The notes beneath the pieces are model-generated. The model had not been told where the DNA came from. It made no database searches and worked only from the letters and a program-made list of their open reading frames with translations. From Burkholderiales bacterium (lineage in GTDB: Bacteria > Pseudomonadota > Gammaproteobacteria > Burkholderiales > Burkholderiaceae_C): 64,000 nucleotides of DNA. The stretch's first letter is position 1. Each line of letters opens with the position of its first letter. The position numbers were made by a program, and so were the translations under genes. This document shows positions 39,767-48,524 of the stretch, one piece after another. Where the stretch lies: contig JAPLPQ010000088.1 of NCBI GenBank assembly GCA_026400105.1, positions 33,425-97,424 on the forward strand. Reading direction: 5' to 3'.

Positions 39767-40608
39767 CAGACCCCCAGGAAATGCTTGCGGTAGCGCTGCG
39801 GCAGCTCGGCCAGACGCATCATCATCGGCAGATCGGCCGCGTTGAAATCCGGGTCCCAGGCCGGCGCGCCCAGCACCTTGGCGCCCAGGCGCAGATAGCC
39901 CTTGATCAGCGCCGGGGGTTCGACGTCCAGGCTGTCGTCGAGCTTGTCGACCGGCAGCGGCAGGCGCGGGCGCACATGGTATTCGATCGCGGCCAGATGC
40001 TTTTCGCGCACCTGGCGCCAGATGCTGGCCGCGGCGTGGCCGCCGCCGATGATGCCGTGCGGACCCTCGTATTGCATCGGGATGCTGGCGCAGCCGATCA
40101 TGGTGTCGAGGTCGTTGCGGACCATGAAGCCGGCCAGCGCGCCCCACAGCGCCATGATCACGCCGCCATGGCGGTGCTCGGGATGGACGCAGCTGCGGCC
40201 GAGCTCGACCATCTTGTCGCGCAGCATGCGCAGCCGGGTCAGGTCGAACTCGGTATCGCTGTAGAAGCTGCCGACGCGCTTGGCCTGGGCCGGCGTCAGC
40301 AGGCGGTAGGTACCGATGACCTGACGCGTCGCACTGTCGCGCACCAGCAGATGCTCGCAGTAATCGTCGAACAGGTCGATGTCATGTCCCGGCACGGTCT
40401 TGGGCAGGCGCGCGCCCATCTCGCCGGCAAAGACCTCATACCTCAGACGCTGCGCTTCGCGAACTTCGTCTTGATGGCATGCCCAAGCCACTTCGATGCC
40501 ACTCTGGGACTTAGAAACCGGTGGGGTTGCGTCCAAGCCCGGATGAAGTGACCCCCTGGGCAGCGCAAGCGGCGAAAGTTCCAACGTGGGGGTGGGCAGT
40601 TCCTTCAT
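39766..40608 (-). CDS. OlsB-like GNAT N-acyltransferase (ornithine/amino-lipid synthesis)
   Basis: AQRLRYEVF, DLFDDYCEHL, GTYRLL, ELGRSCV, PPALIKGYLRLGA, DPDFNAAD. Confidence 0.85.
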   Translation of the reverse strand: MKELPTPTLELSPLALPRGSLHPGLDATPPVSKSQSGIEVAWACHQDEVREAQRLRYEVFAGEMGARLPKTVPGHDIDLFDDYCEHLLVRDSATRQVIGTYRLLTPAQAKRVGSFYSDTEFDLTRLRMLRDKMVELGRSCVHPEHRHGGVIMALWGALAGFMVRNDLDTMIGCASIPMQYEGPHGIIGGGHAAASIWRQVREKHLAAIEYHVRPRLPLPVDKLDDSLDVEPPALIKGYLRLGAKVLGAPAWDPDFNAADLPMMMRLAELPQRYRKHFLGV

Positions 40609-40656
40609 CTCGATCTCCTAATGTCATTCAGTTGCATCCCATTCTTGGCTTGGCGC

Positions 40657-40696
40657 ATGACGCCCAAATGGCCGATCGATGAACGATTCATGACAA
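40657..40696 (-). promoter_or_regulatory. Four-unit Pho-box array upstream of olsB-like/plcP-like genes
   Basis: Minus strand TTGTCAT, CGTTCAT, CGGCCAT, GCGTCAT at exact 11-bp period. Confidence 0.7.
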
Positions 40697-40725
40697 CGCA
40701 CTCAAAATGCCACTGACCCCAGCCT

Positions 40726-40754
40726 CCTTCATGCCAGCGTCACGAATTCGCCAC
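40726..40754 (+). promoter_or_regulatory. Possible Pho-box array upstream of lplT
   Basis: CCTTCAT, GCGTCAC, TCGCCAC at 11-bp period. Confidence 0.45.
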
Positions 40755-40842
40755 GGCCCCGACTTGTCAGCGCCCGATGATCTTCCATCGACCGATCAGA
40801 TGGAGCGCTATGACAACAAGAGCCACGGGCACAACTTCGCAC

Positions 40843-42066
40843 ATGCCCAAGGGGTTTTACTGGCTCATCCTGGCGCAATTCTTTTCAGCCCTGGCAGACA
40901 ACTCCCTGCTGATCGTCGCGATGGCCTTCCTGCACGAGCAGGGCTACCCGGCATGGTGGGCGCCGCTGCTCAAGTTCTCCTTCACCTGGGCCTATGTGCT
41001 GCTGGCCCCCGGCGTCGGGCATCTGGCCGACATGGCGCCCAAGGGCTGGCTGATGGGCTGGATGAATGCCGTCAAGCTCGCCGGCGCGCTCACCCTGCTG
41101 GCCGGGCTGCACCCGATACTGGCGTTCGCGCTGATCGGCATGGGTGCCTCGGCCTATGCCCCGGCCAAATATGGCCTGATCACCGAGACCGTGCCGCCCT
41201 CGCGCCTGGTCGCGGCAAATGGCTGGCTCGAAGTGACCGTGGTGCTGTCGGTGCTGCTCGGTACCGGTCTGGGCGGCCTGCTGGTGTCCGACCTCGCGGT
41301 CGGACTGCTGAGCCAGCTCTGGCCCAGCCCGCCGTCCTGGTGGGTCGATACCCGCCTGGCGGCAGCGTTCGCGCTGGTGCTGGTCCTCTATGCGCTGGCG
41401 GCCTTGCTCAATATCGGCGTGCCCAGGCGGGCGGCCAGGCGGCCAGTCGCGCGGCTCGAACTGCGGCCCCTGTTGCAGGACTTCCGCCAATCCAATCGCC
41501 AGCTCTGGCTCGATCCGCTGGGCGGGCTCTCGCTGGCCGTCACCACCCTGTTCTGGGGCGCGGGCGCGGTGCTGCAGTTCGCCGTGCTGCGCTGGGCACA
41601 GGACGTGATCGGACTCGCGCTGGACCGCGCCGCCTATCTGCAGGCCTGCGTGGCGATCGGCGTCGTGGTCGGGGCCGGCCTGGCCGCGCACCGCATCTCG
41701 CTGAACCGCGCCGCCAGCATGCTGCCCTGGGGCGTGGCGCTGGGCCTGCTGGTGGCGGCCAGCTCGCTGCTGACGGCACTCGAATGGGCGCTGCCCCTGC
41801 TGGTCGTGACCGGCGCGGTCGGTGGCCTGCTGGTGGTGCCGATGAATGCCCTGCTGCAATACCGCGGTCACCGTCTGCTGAGCCCGGGCCGCTCGATTGC
41901 GGTCCAGGGCTTCAACGAGAACCTCAGCGTGCTGGTGATGCTGGGCGTCTACACCCTGCTGCTCTGGCTCGGCCTGCCGATCGTGCCGCTGATGGTGGGC
42001 TTCGGCCTGCTGCTGGCCGCCGGCATGGCCGCCCTGATGCTGCAGCTCAGACTGAAGCGAGCCTGA
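40843..42066 (+). CDS. lplT: Lysophospholipid transporter LplT (MFS)
   Basis: AQFFSALADN, YAPAKYG, TTLFWG, VPMNALLQYRG, SIAVQGFNEN. Confidence 0.9.
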   Translation: MPKGFYWLILAQFFSALADNSLLIVAMAFLHEQGYPAWWAPLLKFSFTWAYVLLAPGVGHLADMAPKGWLMGWMNAVKLAGALTLLAGLHPILAFALIGMGASAYAPAKYGLITETVPPSRLVAANGWLEVTVVLSVLLGTGLGGLLVSDLAVGLLSQLWPSPPSWWVDTRLAAAFALVLVLYALAALLNIGVPRRAARRPVARLELRPLLQDFRQSNRQLWLDPLGGLSLAVTTLFWGAGAVLQFAVLRWAQDVIGLALDRAAYLQACVAIGVVVGAGLAAHRISLNRAASMLPWGVALGLLVAASSLLTALEWALPLLVVTGAVGGLLVVPMNALLQYRGHRLLSPGRSIAVQGFNENLSVLVMLGVYTLLLWLGLPIVPLMVGFGLLLAAGMAALMLQLRLKRA

Positions 42067-43288
42067 AACCCGAAGCCCCGAGCACCTGCTGCTCGATCAG
42101 GCGCTCCCAGATTGCCTCGACCTGCAGGCAGATATGGCTCCAGTCCAGCGCCAGCGTCGAGGCGCGCGCGCCCTGGCGCAACCGCGCGACCAGCTGCGGA
42201 TTGCCCGCCAGGTCGATGGCACGGCGCACGAAGGCATCGGGGTCGCCGACCGGAGCCAGCAAGCCGTTCTCGCCATGGTGGATCAGTTCGGCCGCTGCGG
42301 CATAGTCATAGGCCAGCACCGCCAGGCCGCTGGCCAGCGCCTCGGGCGTCACATTGCCATAGGTCTCGGTCAGGCTCGGAAACAGGAAGCAGTCGGCGCT
42401 GGCGTAATGCTCGGCCAGGTCGGTGCCGCTGCGCGAACCGGCCAGCACCACCTCGGGGCAGCGCTGCTGCAGCGCGGCCCGGTCCGGGCCGTCGCCGACC
42501 ACGACCAGGCGCAGCGCGGGGTTGACCTGACGCATGGCCTCGTAGCTGCGCAACAGCAGCTCCAGATTCTTCTCGGGCGCGATGCGTCCGACCGACAGCA
42601 CCACCTGCTCTTCCTCGCGCACGCCCCAGGACTCGCGCAAGGCCGCGCTGCGGCGGGCCGAGTCGAAGCGCTGGGTGTCGACACCGCGCGCGACCACCAG
42701 CAGGCGCTCGAAGCCCATGGCCTCGAGCTCGGACTGCAGCGAAGCGGTCGGCACCATGGTGCAATGGGCCTGGTTGTGAAAGCGCCTGAGGTAGGCAGCG
42801 ATCGGCTTTTGCAGCCAGCCGATGCCGTAATGGCGGCTGTAGGCATGGAAATTGGTGCGGAAATCCGTGCTGACCGGCAGCTTGAGCTTGCGCGCGGCCT
42901 GCAGCGCCGACCAGCCCAGCGGCCCCTCGGTCGCGATATGCACCAGGTCGGGCCGGCGCATGGTCCAGAGCCCGAGCAGCGCACGCTTGGCCGGCAGGCC
43001 CATGCGCAGGTGCGGGTAGCGCGGTATCGGCAGACCGCGCATCAGCACCTGCTCGGTCGGGTCCTGCTCGCCCGGTCCGGCATCGACAGCGGCCTGGCGC
43101 GGGCGCACCAGCTGGATGTCGTGGTGGCGTGCCTGCAACCCGCGCACCAGCCGGTCGATGGTCAGCGCGACACCGTTGACTTCGGGCGGATAGGTTTCCG
43201 TGACCAGGGCCACGCGCAGGGAACGGCGCTCGGGGGCGAAGTTTTCGACCAGCAGCGGGTCGCTCATGGATTGCATCATGGCAGCCAT
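42047..43288 (-). CDS. GT4 glycosyltransferase (Agt/MgtA-like diacylglycerol glycosyltransferase)
   Basis: TETYPPEVNGV, HIATEGPLG, VGRIAPEKN, FPSLTETYG; start uncertain. Confidence 0.85.
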   Translation of the reverse strand: MAAMMQSMSDPLLVENFAPERRSLRVALVTETYPPEVNGVALTIDRLVRGLQARHHDIQLVRPRQAAVDAGPGEQDPTEQVLMRGLPIPRYPHLRMGLPAKRALLGLWTMRRPDLVHIATEGPLGWSALQAARKLKLPVSTDFRTNFHAYSRHYGIGWLQKPIAAYLRRFHNQAHCTMVPTASLQSELEAMGFERLLVVARGVDTQRFDSARRSAALRESWGVREEEQVVLSVGRIAPEKNLELLLRSYEAMRQVNPALRLVVVGDGPDRAALQQRCPEVVLAGSRSGTDLAEHYASADCFLFPSLTETYGNVTPEALASGLAVLAYDYAAAAELIHHGENGLLAPVGDPDAFVRRAIDLAGNPQLVARLRQGARASTLALDWSHICLQVEAIWERLIEQQVLGASGFRLASV

Positions 43289-43302
43289 GCTCAGCCCGCT
43301 TG

Positions 43303-43320
43303 ATGACAGGCCTGCGACAA
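43303..43320 (-). promoter_or_regulatory. Putative Pho box upstream of GT4
   Basis: Minus strand TTGTCGC-aggc-CTGTCAT. Confidence 0.55.
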
Positions 43321-43372
43321 GCGCCGCCGCGCTGTCACGCCCCGATGCGACAACGGCATGAAGCCCGGCTGC

Positions 43373-43390
43373 TTGTCACCGTGATTTCAC
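43373..43390 (+). promoter_or_regulatory. Putative Pho box upstream of Mpo1-like gene
   Basis: TTGTCAC-cgtg-ATTTCAC. Confidence 0.55.
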
Positions 43391-43464
43391 GCAGCTTGAC
43401 CATGATCAATTGCGACCGCCCCGACAGGCGGGCAATCCTCACTCACCGAAAGAAGGACAACGGC

Positions 43465-44067
43465 GTGAAAGAATTTCTCCAAGACCTGCGGGTGCAGCGT
43501 TGGGACGACCATCGCTATTACCACCACAGTCGCATCAACCAGACGCTGCACCTGATCAGCGCGATCAGCTTCCTGCTGGCCTACGCCCTGCTGTTCACCG
43601 ATCCGGCCATGGCGGCGCTGGTGGCCTGGCTGGTCTCGATGCTGACCCGACAGAGCGGCCATTTCTTCTTCGAGCCCAAGGGCTACGACGAAATCAACCA
43701 GGCCACACATGAATACAAGGAAGACATCAAGGTCGGCTACAACCTGCAACGCAAGGTGGTGCTGATGGCGATCTGGGCCTTGTCGCCGCTGCTGCTGCTG
43801 TGGCAGGAAGACATGTTCGGCCTGATCGACCCCCATGCCGACTGGCGCGGCTTTGCCCACAACGTCGGCCTGATGTGGTTGGCGGTCGGCGTTGGCGGAC
43901 TGATCTTTCGCGTGCTGCAACTGTTCGCGCTCAAGGATCTGCGCACCGGCCTGGTCTGGGCCAGCAAGATCCTGACCGACCCCTTCCACGACATCATGCT
44001 CTATCACAAGGCACCGCTGTACCTGCTGCGCGGCCAGCTGCTCGACCCGGGCCACAAGGCCGGTTGA
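43465..44067 (+). CDS. His-rich membrane protein, Mpo1/DUF962-like
   Basis: DDHRYYHHSRINQTLH, RQSGHFFFE, about four TM helices; AAGGA RBS and GTG start. Confidence 0.65.
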   Translation: MKEFLQDLRVQRWDDHRYYHHSRINQTLHLISAISFLLAYALLFTDPAMAALVAWLVSMLTRQSGHFFFEPKGYDEINQATHEYKEDIKVGYNLQRKVVLMAIWALSPLLLLWQEDMFGLIDPHADWRGFAHNVGLMWLAVGVGGLIFRVLQLFALKDLRTGLVWASKILTDPFHDIMLYHKAPLYLLRGQLLDPGHKAG

Positions 44068-44119
44068 ACCTGCAGCGGGCCTGCTGGCCCGCTCGCGCCC
44101 ACTGCCGGGCAAGGACCAG

Positions 44120-44153
44120 AAAAGCCGCCTCGACTTGTGATCGAAGCGGCTTT
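44120..44153. terminator. Bidirectional terminator-like hairpin between convergent genes
   Basis: AAAGCCGC...GCGGCTTT. Confidence 0.55.
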
Positions 44154-44191
44154 GCTACTTCAGGACCGCCCGCGGGCCCAGGCCGGCAAGC

Positions 44192-45841
44192 TCAGTGCCA
44201 GCCCAGCTTGTGGGCCAGCATCTCGCGCAGCAGACGGCGCCGGATCGACTGGTGCGTCAGTTCGGGCCCGCTCCACCACCAGCCATCGGCCTGCATGCGC
44301 CGGCAAGCCTCGACGAAACGGCGCGTGACCTCGGCCATGTCGGCGTCGCTGTAGTTGAGGCTGAAGATGAAACGGCCGGTCCCGACCCAGCTCAGCGCCA
44401 GGCCCTGCTCGCGCAGGTAATACTGCAGCAGCCAGTGGTAGCGCGAGGGCTGGGTATAGTTGACGGTCCAGATGGTCGACAGCGCCTCGACCTGCAGCGG
44501 CAGGCCGGCCTGCTGCAAGGCCTGGTTGAAGGCCTGGACGCGCGCGCCCCAGCACTCGTCGAGACCCTGGTAGATCGCCTGCACCTCGGGCCTGCGCAGC
44601 CGGCGCAGGAAGGCGTGCATGGCCCCCATCACATAGGGATGGGCATTGAAGGTGCCGCGCGCAAAGCACAGGTCAGCCGGGCGCTCGGGCTTGAAGCGGC
44701 GCATCAGTGCCGCCTTGCCGCAGACCACGCCGACCGGGAAACCACCGCCCAGGGACTTGCCGTAGGTCACCAGATCGGCCTGGACGCCGAAATACTCCTG
44801 CGCGCCGCCCGCTGCGAGCCGGAAGCCGACGAACACCTCGTCGAGGATCAGCACGATGCCGCGCTCGCTGCAGACCTGGCGCAGCTGGCGCAGCCAGTCG
44901 GTGTAGGCGGCACGGTCGAAGCCGGCGCTGCGGCTGCCGTCGACCAGGGTCGAATCGCCCGGCGCGTTGCGGTTCGGGTGCAGCGCCTGCAGCGGGTTGA
45001 CCAGCACGCAGGCGATGTCCTTGCGCGTGCGCAGCACCTGCAGGGCACGCGGGTCCATGTCATTGAGCGTATAGGTCTCGCGCGGCGGCAGCGGATTGCC
45101 GGGGCCGGGCTGCACGTCCTCCCACCAGCCATGGTAGGCCCCGGTGAAGCGCACCAGATGCTTCTTGCCGGTGTGATAGCGCGCCAGGCGCACCGCCTGC
45201 ATCACGGCCTCGGTGCCCGACATGTGAAAGCTCACCTCGTCCAGGCCCGAGAGCTCGCGCAGCCACTCGATGTTCTCGGCCACGCAGGGGTGGTAGCCGC
45301 CCAGCACGGGACCGAGCGCGGAGCCGAGGCGCGCGCCCTCCTCCATGCACTGCTTGTAGAAGTCGACGCCGAAGATGTTGACGCCGTAGGAGCCGGCCAG
45401 GTCGTAATAGCGCTGGCCGTCGAGGTCCTGCAGCTGCACGCCCTCGGCCGACTGCCAGAAAGCGCCCACCGGCAGCTGCTCGCGCGCATAGGCGCTGAAC
45501 TGGAACGGCACGCGGTAGCGCCCGGTCAACTGCAGGTCGGACAGGCCCTCGCGCGCCTGTGCCGTCAGCGCCAGCGAGCGCGGCGAACCCTCGCGCAGGC
45601 TGCGCGACAACCGCGCGAAACCGGCCCGGCGCCGGGTCTGCACCTCGGGCGGCGCGTCATCGACGGCAAAGAATTCATCCTCGCCATAGGAATAGCCCGG
45701 CAGCAGGCGCGCAATGCGCTTGGCCATGCGCGAATGCCCGGCCAGCGAGGGGTGCTTGGCGCGCGAAAGCTGGAGTCGCCGGCGCAGCCAGGGGAAACCA
45801 GCCACCAGGGCGCCGGCGGTCATTGCGATCTCAACGGACAT
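44192..45841 (-). CDS. Class III PLP aminotransferase (GSA-aminomutase-like fold) with N-terminal extension
   Basis: SGTEA, GAYHG, DEVFVGFR, GKSLGGG (PLP lysine), GTFNAHP. Confidence 0.88.
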   Translation of the reverse strand: MSVEIAMTAGALVAGFPWLRRRLQLSRAKHPSLAGHSRMAKRIARLLPGYSYGEDEFFAVDDAPPEVQTRRRAGFARLSRSLREGSPRSLALTAQAREGLSDLQLTGRYRVPFQFSAYAREQLPVGAFWQSAEGVQLQDLDGQRYYDLAGSYGVNIFGVDFYKQCMEEGARLGSALGPVLGGYHPCVAENIEWLRELSGLDEVSFHMSGTEAVMQAVRLARYHTGKKHLVRFTGAYHGWWEDVQPGPGNPLPPRETYTLNDMDPRALQVLRTRKDIACVLVNPLQALHPNRNAPGDSTLVDGSRSAGFDRAAYTDWLRQLRQVCSERGIVLILDEVFVGFRLAAGGAQEYFGVQADLVTYGKSLGGGFPVGVVCGKAALMRRFKPERPADLCFARGTFNAHPYVMGAMHAFLRRLRRPEVQAIYQGLDECWGARVQAFNQALQQAGLPLQVEALSTIWTVNYTQPSRYHWLLQYYLREQGLALSWVGTGRFIFSLNYSDADMAEVTRRFVEACRRMQADGWWWSGPELTHQSIRRRLLREMLAHKLGWH

Positions 45842-45898
45842 GTCATGAGCCTTTCAAAGTGAACGGTGACAGTTGTACGCATCGCTTTTGACAAGACC

Positions 45899-46792
45899 AT
45901 GAATAACCACCGACTGCGCGACCGCCTGCTGATGCAGGAAGACCTGAACTTCCTGCTGACCAACCGCGTACCCCGCATCGCGCTGACCCATCTGATGGGC
46001 TGGTACAGCCAGCTGCGCAGCCCGCTGCTGACCCGGTTCTCGCTCGCGGCCTGGCGCCTGTTCACCGAGCTCGACCTCAGCGAATCGAAGCAGCAGCAGT
46101 TCGACAGCCTGCACGACTGCTTCACGCGCGAGCTCAAGGCCGGGGCACGCCCGAGCGACCCGCGCCCCGGGATCATCGCCAGCCCGAGCGACGCCATCGT
46201 CGGCGCCTGCGGCCAGCTCGAGGGCACGCGGGCGCTGCAGGCCAAGGGCATGGATTACGAACTGCACGAACTGCTGGGCTCGCGCGAACTGCCCGAGCGC
46301 TTTGCCGGTGGCAGCTATGTCACCTTGCGCCTGACCTCGAGCATGTACCACCGCTTCCATGCGCCGCATGACATCGAGGTCGACCGCGTGACCTATATCT
46401 CGGGCGACACCTGGAACGTGAATCCGATCGCGCTCAAGCGGGTCGAGCGCCTGTTCTGCCGCAACGAGCGCGCGGTGATCGAGGCCAGGCTACAGTCCGA
46501 CGGCCAGCCGCTGCTGCTGGTGCCGGTGGCAGCGATCCTGGTCGCCAGCATGCGCTTCACCTTCATCGATGTGCTGCTGAACCTGCGCTACCGCGGACCG
46601 AACGTGATTCCCTGCCAGGCCAGGCTGGCCAAGGGGCAGGAAATGGGCTGGTTCGAGCATGGCTCGACCATCATCGTGATCACACCGCCCGGCATGGAAC
46701 TGGCCGACGGCATCGCCAGCGGCAGCCGGCTGCGCGCGGGCCAAGCCTTGTTGCGCCGGGCAGAGCCAGGAGAGCCGCATGAGCACGATTGA
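45899..46792 (+). CDS. Phosphatidylserine decarboxylase-type pyruvoyl enzyme
   Basis: FTRELK, SPSD, YHRFHAP, NER, HGSTII self-cleavage motif. Confidence 0.85.
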   Translation: MNNHRLRDRLLMQEDLNFLLTNRVPRIALTHLMGWYSQLRSPLLTRFSLAAWRLFTELDLSESKQQQFDSLHDCFTRELKAGARPSDPRPGIIASPSDAIVGACGQLEGTRALQAKGMDYELHELLGSRELPERFAGGSYVTLRLTSSMYHRFHAPHDIEVDRVTYISGDTWNVNPIALKRVERLFCRNERAVIEARLQSDGQPLLLVPVAAILVASMRFTFIDVLLNLRYRGPNVIPCQARLAKGQEMGWFEHGSTIIVITPPGMELADGIASGSRLRAGQALLRRAEPGEPHEHD

Positions 46793-47909
46793 CCTCGTCT
46801 ACTTCAATGCCGGCGGTGGACATCTGGCCTCGGCGCAGGCGCTGCTGGGCGTGTTGCAGGCGCAGGACGCGCGCTGGCAGGTACGCCTGGTCAACCTGTT
46901 CGAGGTGCTCGACCCGCAGGACCGGTTTCGCAAGCTGACCGGCAGCGCGCCCGAGGACTGGTACAACCGGCGCCTGGCGCGCGGCTGGACCCTGGGCATG
47001 ACGCAGGAGCTCAAGCTGCTGCAGGGCGTGATCAGGCTGGCCCACCCGAAGCTGACGCGCCAGCTGCAGCAGCACTGGCTGCGCACCGAACCCGATATCG
47101 TGGTTTCGCTGGTGCCCAACTTCAACCGCTCGCTCTATGAGAGCCTGGACTCGGCGCTGCCGGGCCGGCCCTATGTGACCGTGCTGACGGACCTGGCCGA
47201 CCTGCCGCCGCATTTCTGGATCGAACCGGGCCAGGCCCAGCATTTCATCTGCGGCACGCCCAGAGCGGTCGAGCAGGCCCGGGCCCAGGGCCATGCCGAA
47301 GACCGCATCCATGCCACTTCGGGCATGATCATCCGGCCCGACTTCTACCGTCCGAAAATGGCCGACCGGGCGCAGCAGCGCCTGCGCAACGGCCTGGACC
47401 CGCAGCGCGAGACCGGCATCGTGATGTTTGGCGGTCATGGCTCCAAGGCCATGCTGGGCATTGCGCGCCGGCTGGCGGACCAGCAACTGATCCTGGTCTG
47501 CGGCCACAACCGCGCGCTGGCCCGGCAACTGCGCGCCGAGCCGGCCTCGGCACCGCGGCTGGTGGTCGAATTCAGTCGCGACATTCCCTACTACATGCAG
47601 CTGGCCGATTACTTCATCGGCAAGCCCGGCCCGGGCAGCCTCAGCGAGGCGGTGCAACAAGGCCTGCCGGTGATCGTGGTCGACAACGCCTGGACCATGC
47701 CGCAGGAGCGCTACAACGCCGACTGGGTGCGCGAACAGGGTCTGGGCGTGGTCCACAACAGCCTGCGCACCCTGGCTGACGCCGTCCAGCAGCTGACGGC
47801 CAAGCTGGACGACTACCGGGCCAACGTCAGCCGGATCGACAACCAGGCCCTGTTCGAGATCCCGCCCCTGCTGAGCCAGATCCTCGAGCGCTCGCGCGTG
47901 GTCGAGTAA
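46779..47909 (+). CDS. MGDG-synthase/UgtP-like GT28 glycosyltransferase
   Basis: AGGGHLASA, VTVLTD, VCGHN, GKPGPGSLSEA, PQERYNA; overlaps the psd-like stop. Confidence 0.82.
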   Translation: MSTIDLVYFNAGGGHLASAQALLGVLQAQDARWQVRLVNLFEVLDPQDRFRKLTGSAPEDWYNRRLARGWTLGMTQELKLLQGVIRLAHPKLTRQLQQHWLRTEPDIVVSLVPNFNRSLYESLDSALPGRPYVTVLTDLADLPPHFWIEPGQAQHFICGTPRAVEQARAQGHAEDRIHATSGMIIRPDFYRPKMADRAQQRLRNGLDPQRETGIVMFGGHGSKAMLGIARRLADQQLILVCGHNRALARQLRAEPASAPRLVVEFSRDIPYYMQLADYFIGKPGPGSLSEAVQQGLPVIVVDNAWTMPQERYNADWVREQGLGVVHNSLRTLADAVQQLTAKLDDYRANVSRIDNQALFEIPPLLSQILERSRVVE

Positions 47910-47968
47910 TTCCTGAAAGCCCGTTGAGCCAGCCAACGCTACCACCCAGTCCACCTGAAAAATCAGTC

Positions 47969-48472
47969 ATGAGCGAAACCCCGCAAATATCACCACTGGA
48001 CCCAGCCGACAGCGAGGCGCTGAACGCTGCAGCGACCGTGCTTGTCAATGCCTTCAACGAGCCGGGACGCTACAGCATCGAGCGCATACAGGCTGTGCTC
48101 CAGCCAGCCGAAACACCCTTCTACCGGCGTTTCTACATCGCCCGGCTGGATGGCGAGGTGGTGGGAGCAGGCGGCATCAAGGCGGCAGACTGGGCATCGA
48201 ACACGCATGTGTTGTATCTGTCTGCGGTCGCCGAGCAGGCGCGCGGTCGCGGCATCGCCCGCGCGCTGGTGCAGGCCCGCATCGACTGGGTGCGCAGCCA
48301 ATACCCGACGGGCACCTTGCTGGTCTCGACCCGCCACCGCAAGCGCTTTACCCAGTTCGGCTTCAATCCCCTCGGCGAGGCGGAAGAGTTCGGACGCACG
48401 CTGATGATGTTGTCCCTGGGCCAGGACCGTGAGCCCGCCATCAAAGTGAACCGTAGCGCCGTCTCTCGCTGA
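47969..48472 (+). CDS. GNAT family acetyltransferase
   Basis: VAEQARGRGIARAL acetyl-CoA motif, FTQFGF. Confidence 0.75.
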   Translation: MSETPQISPLDPADSEALNAAATVLVNAFNEPGRYSIERIQAVLQPAETPFYRRFYIARLDGEVVGAGGIKAADWASNTHVLYLSAVAEQARGRGIARALVQARIDWVRSQYPTGTLLVSTRHRKRFTQFGFNPLGEAEEFGRTLMMLSLGQDREPAIKVNRSAVSR

Positions 48473-48497
48473 CGGCTCTAGCGGCGCATGACATGAA

Positions 48498-48523
48498 CAG
48501 GGGCCCGCAAGAGCCCCTGCTTT
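48498..48523. terminator. Terminator-like hairpin between convergent genes
   Basis: CAGGGGC...GCCCCTG then TTT. Confidence 0.5.
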
Positions 48524-48524
48524 G

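Noticed and set aside
44192-45841. Calling this gene hemL
   Set aside because: Much longer than HemL, with a divergent N-terminus and lipid-gene context; only the fold can be assigned
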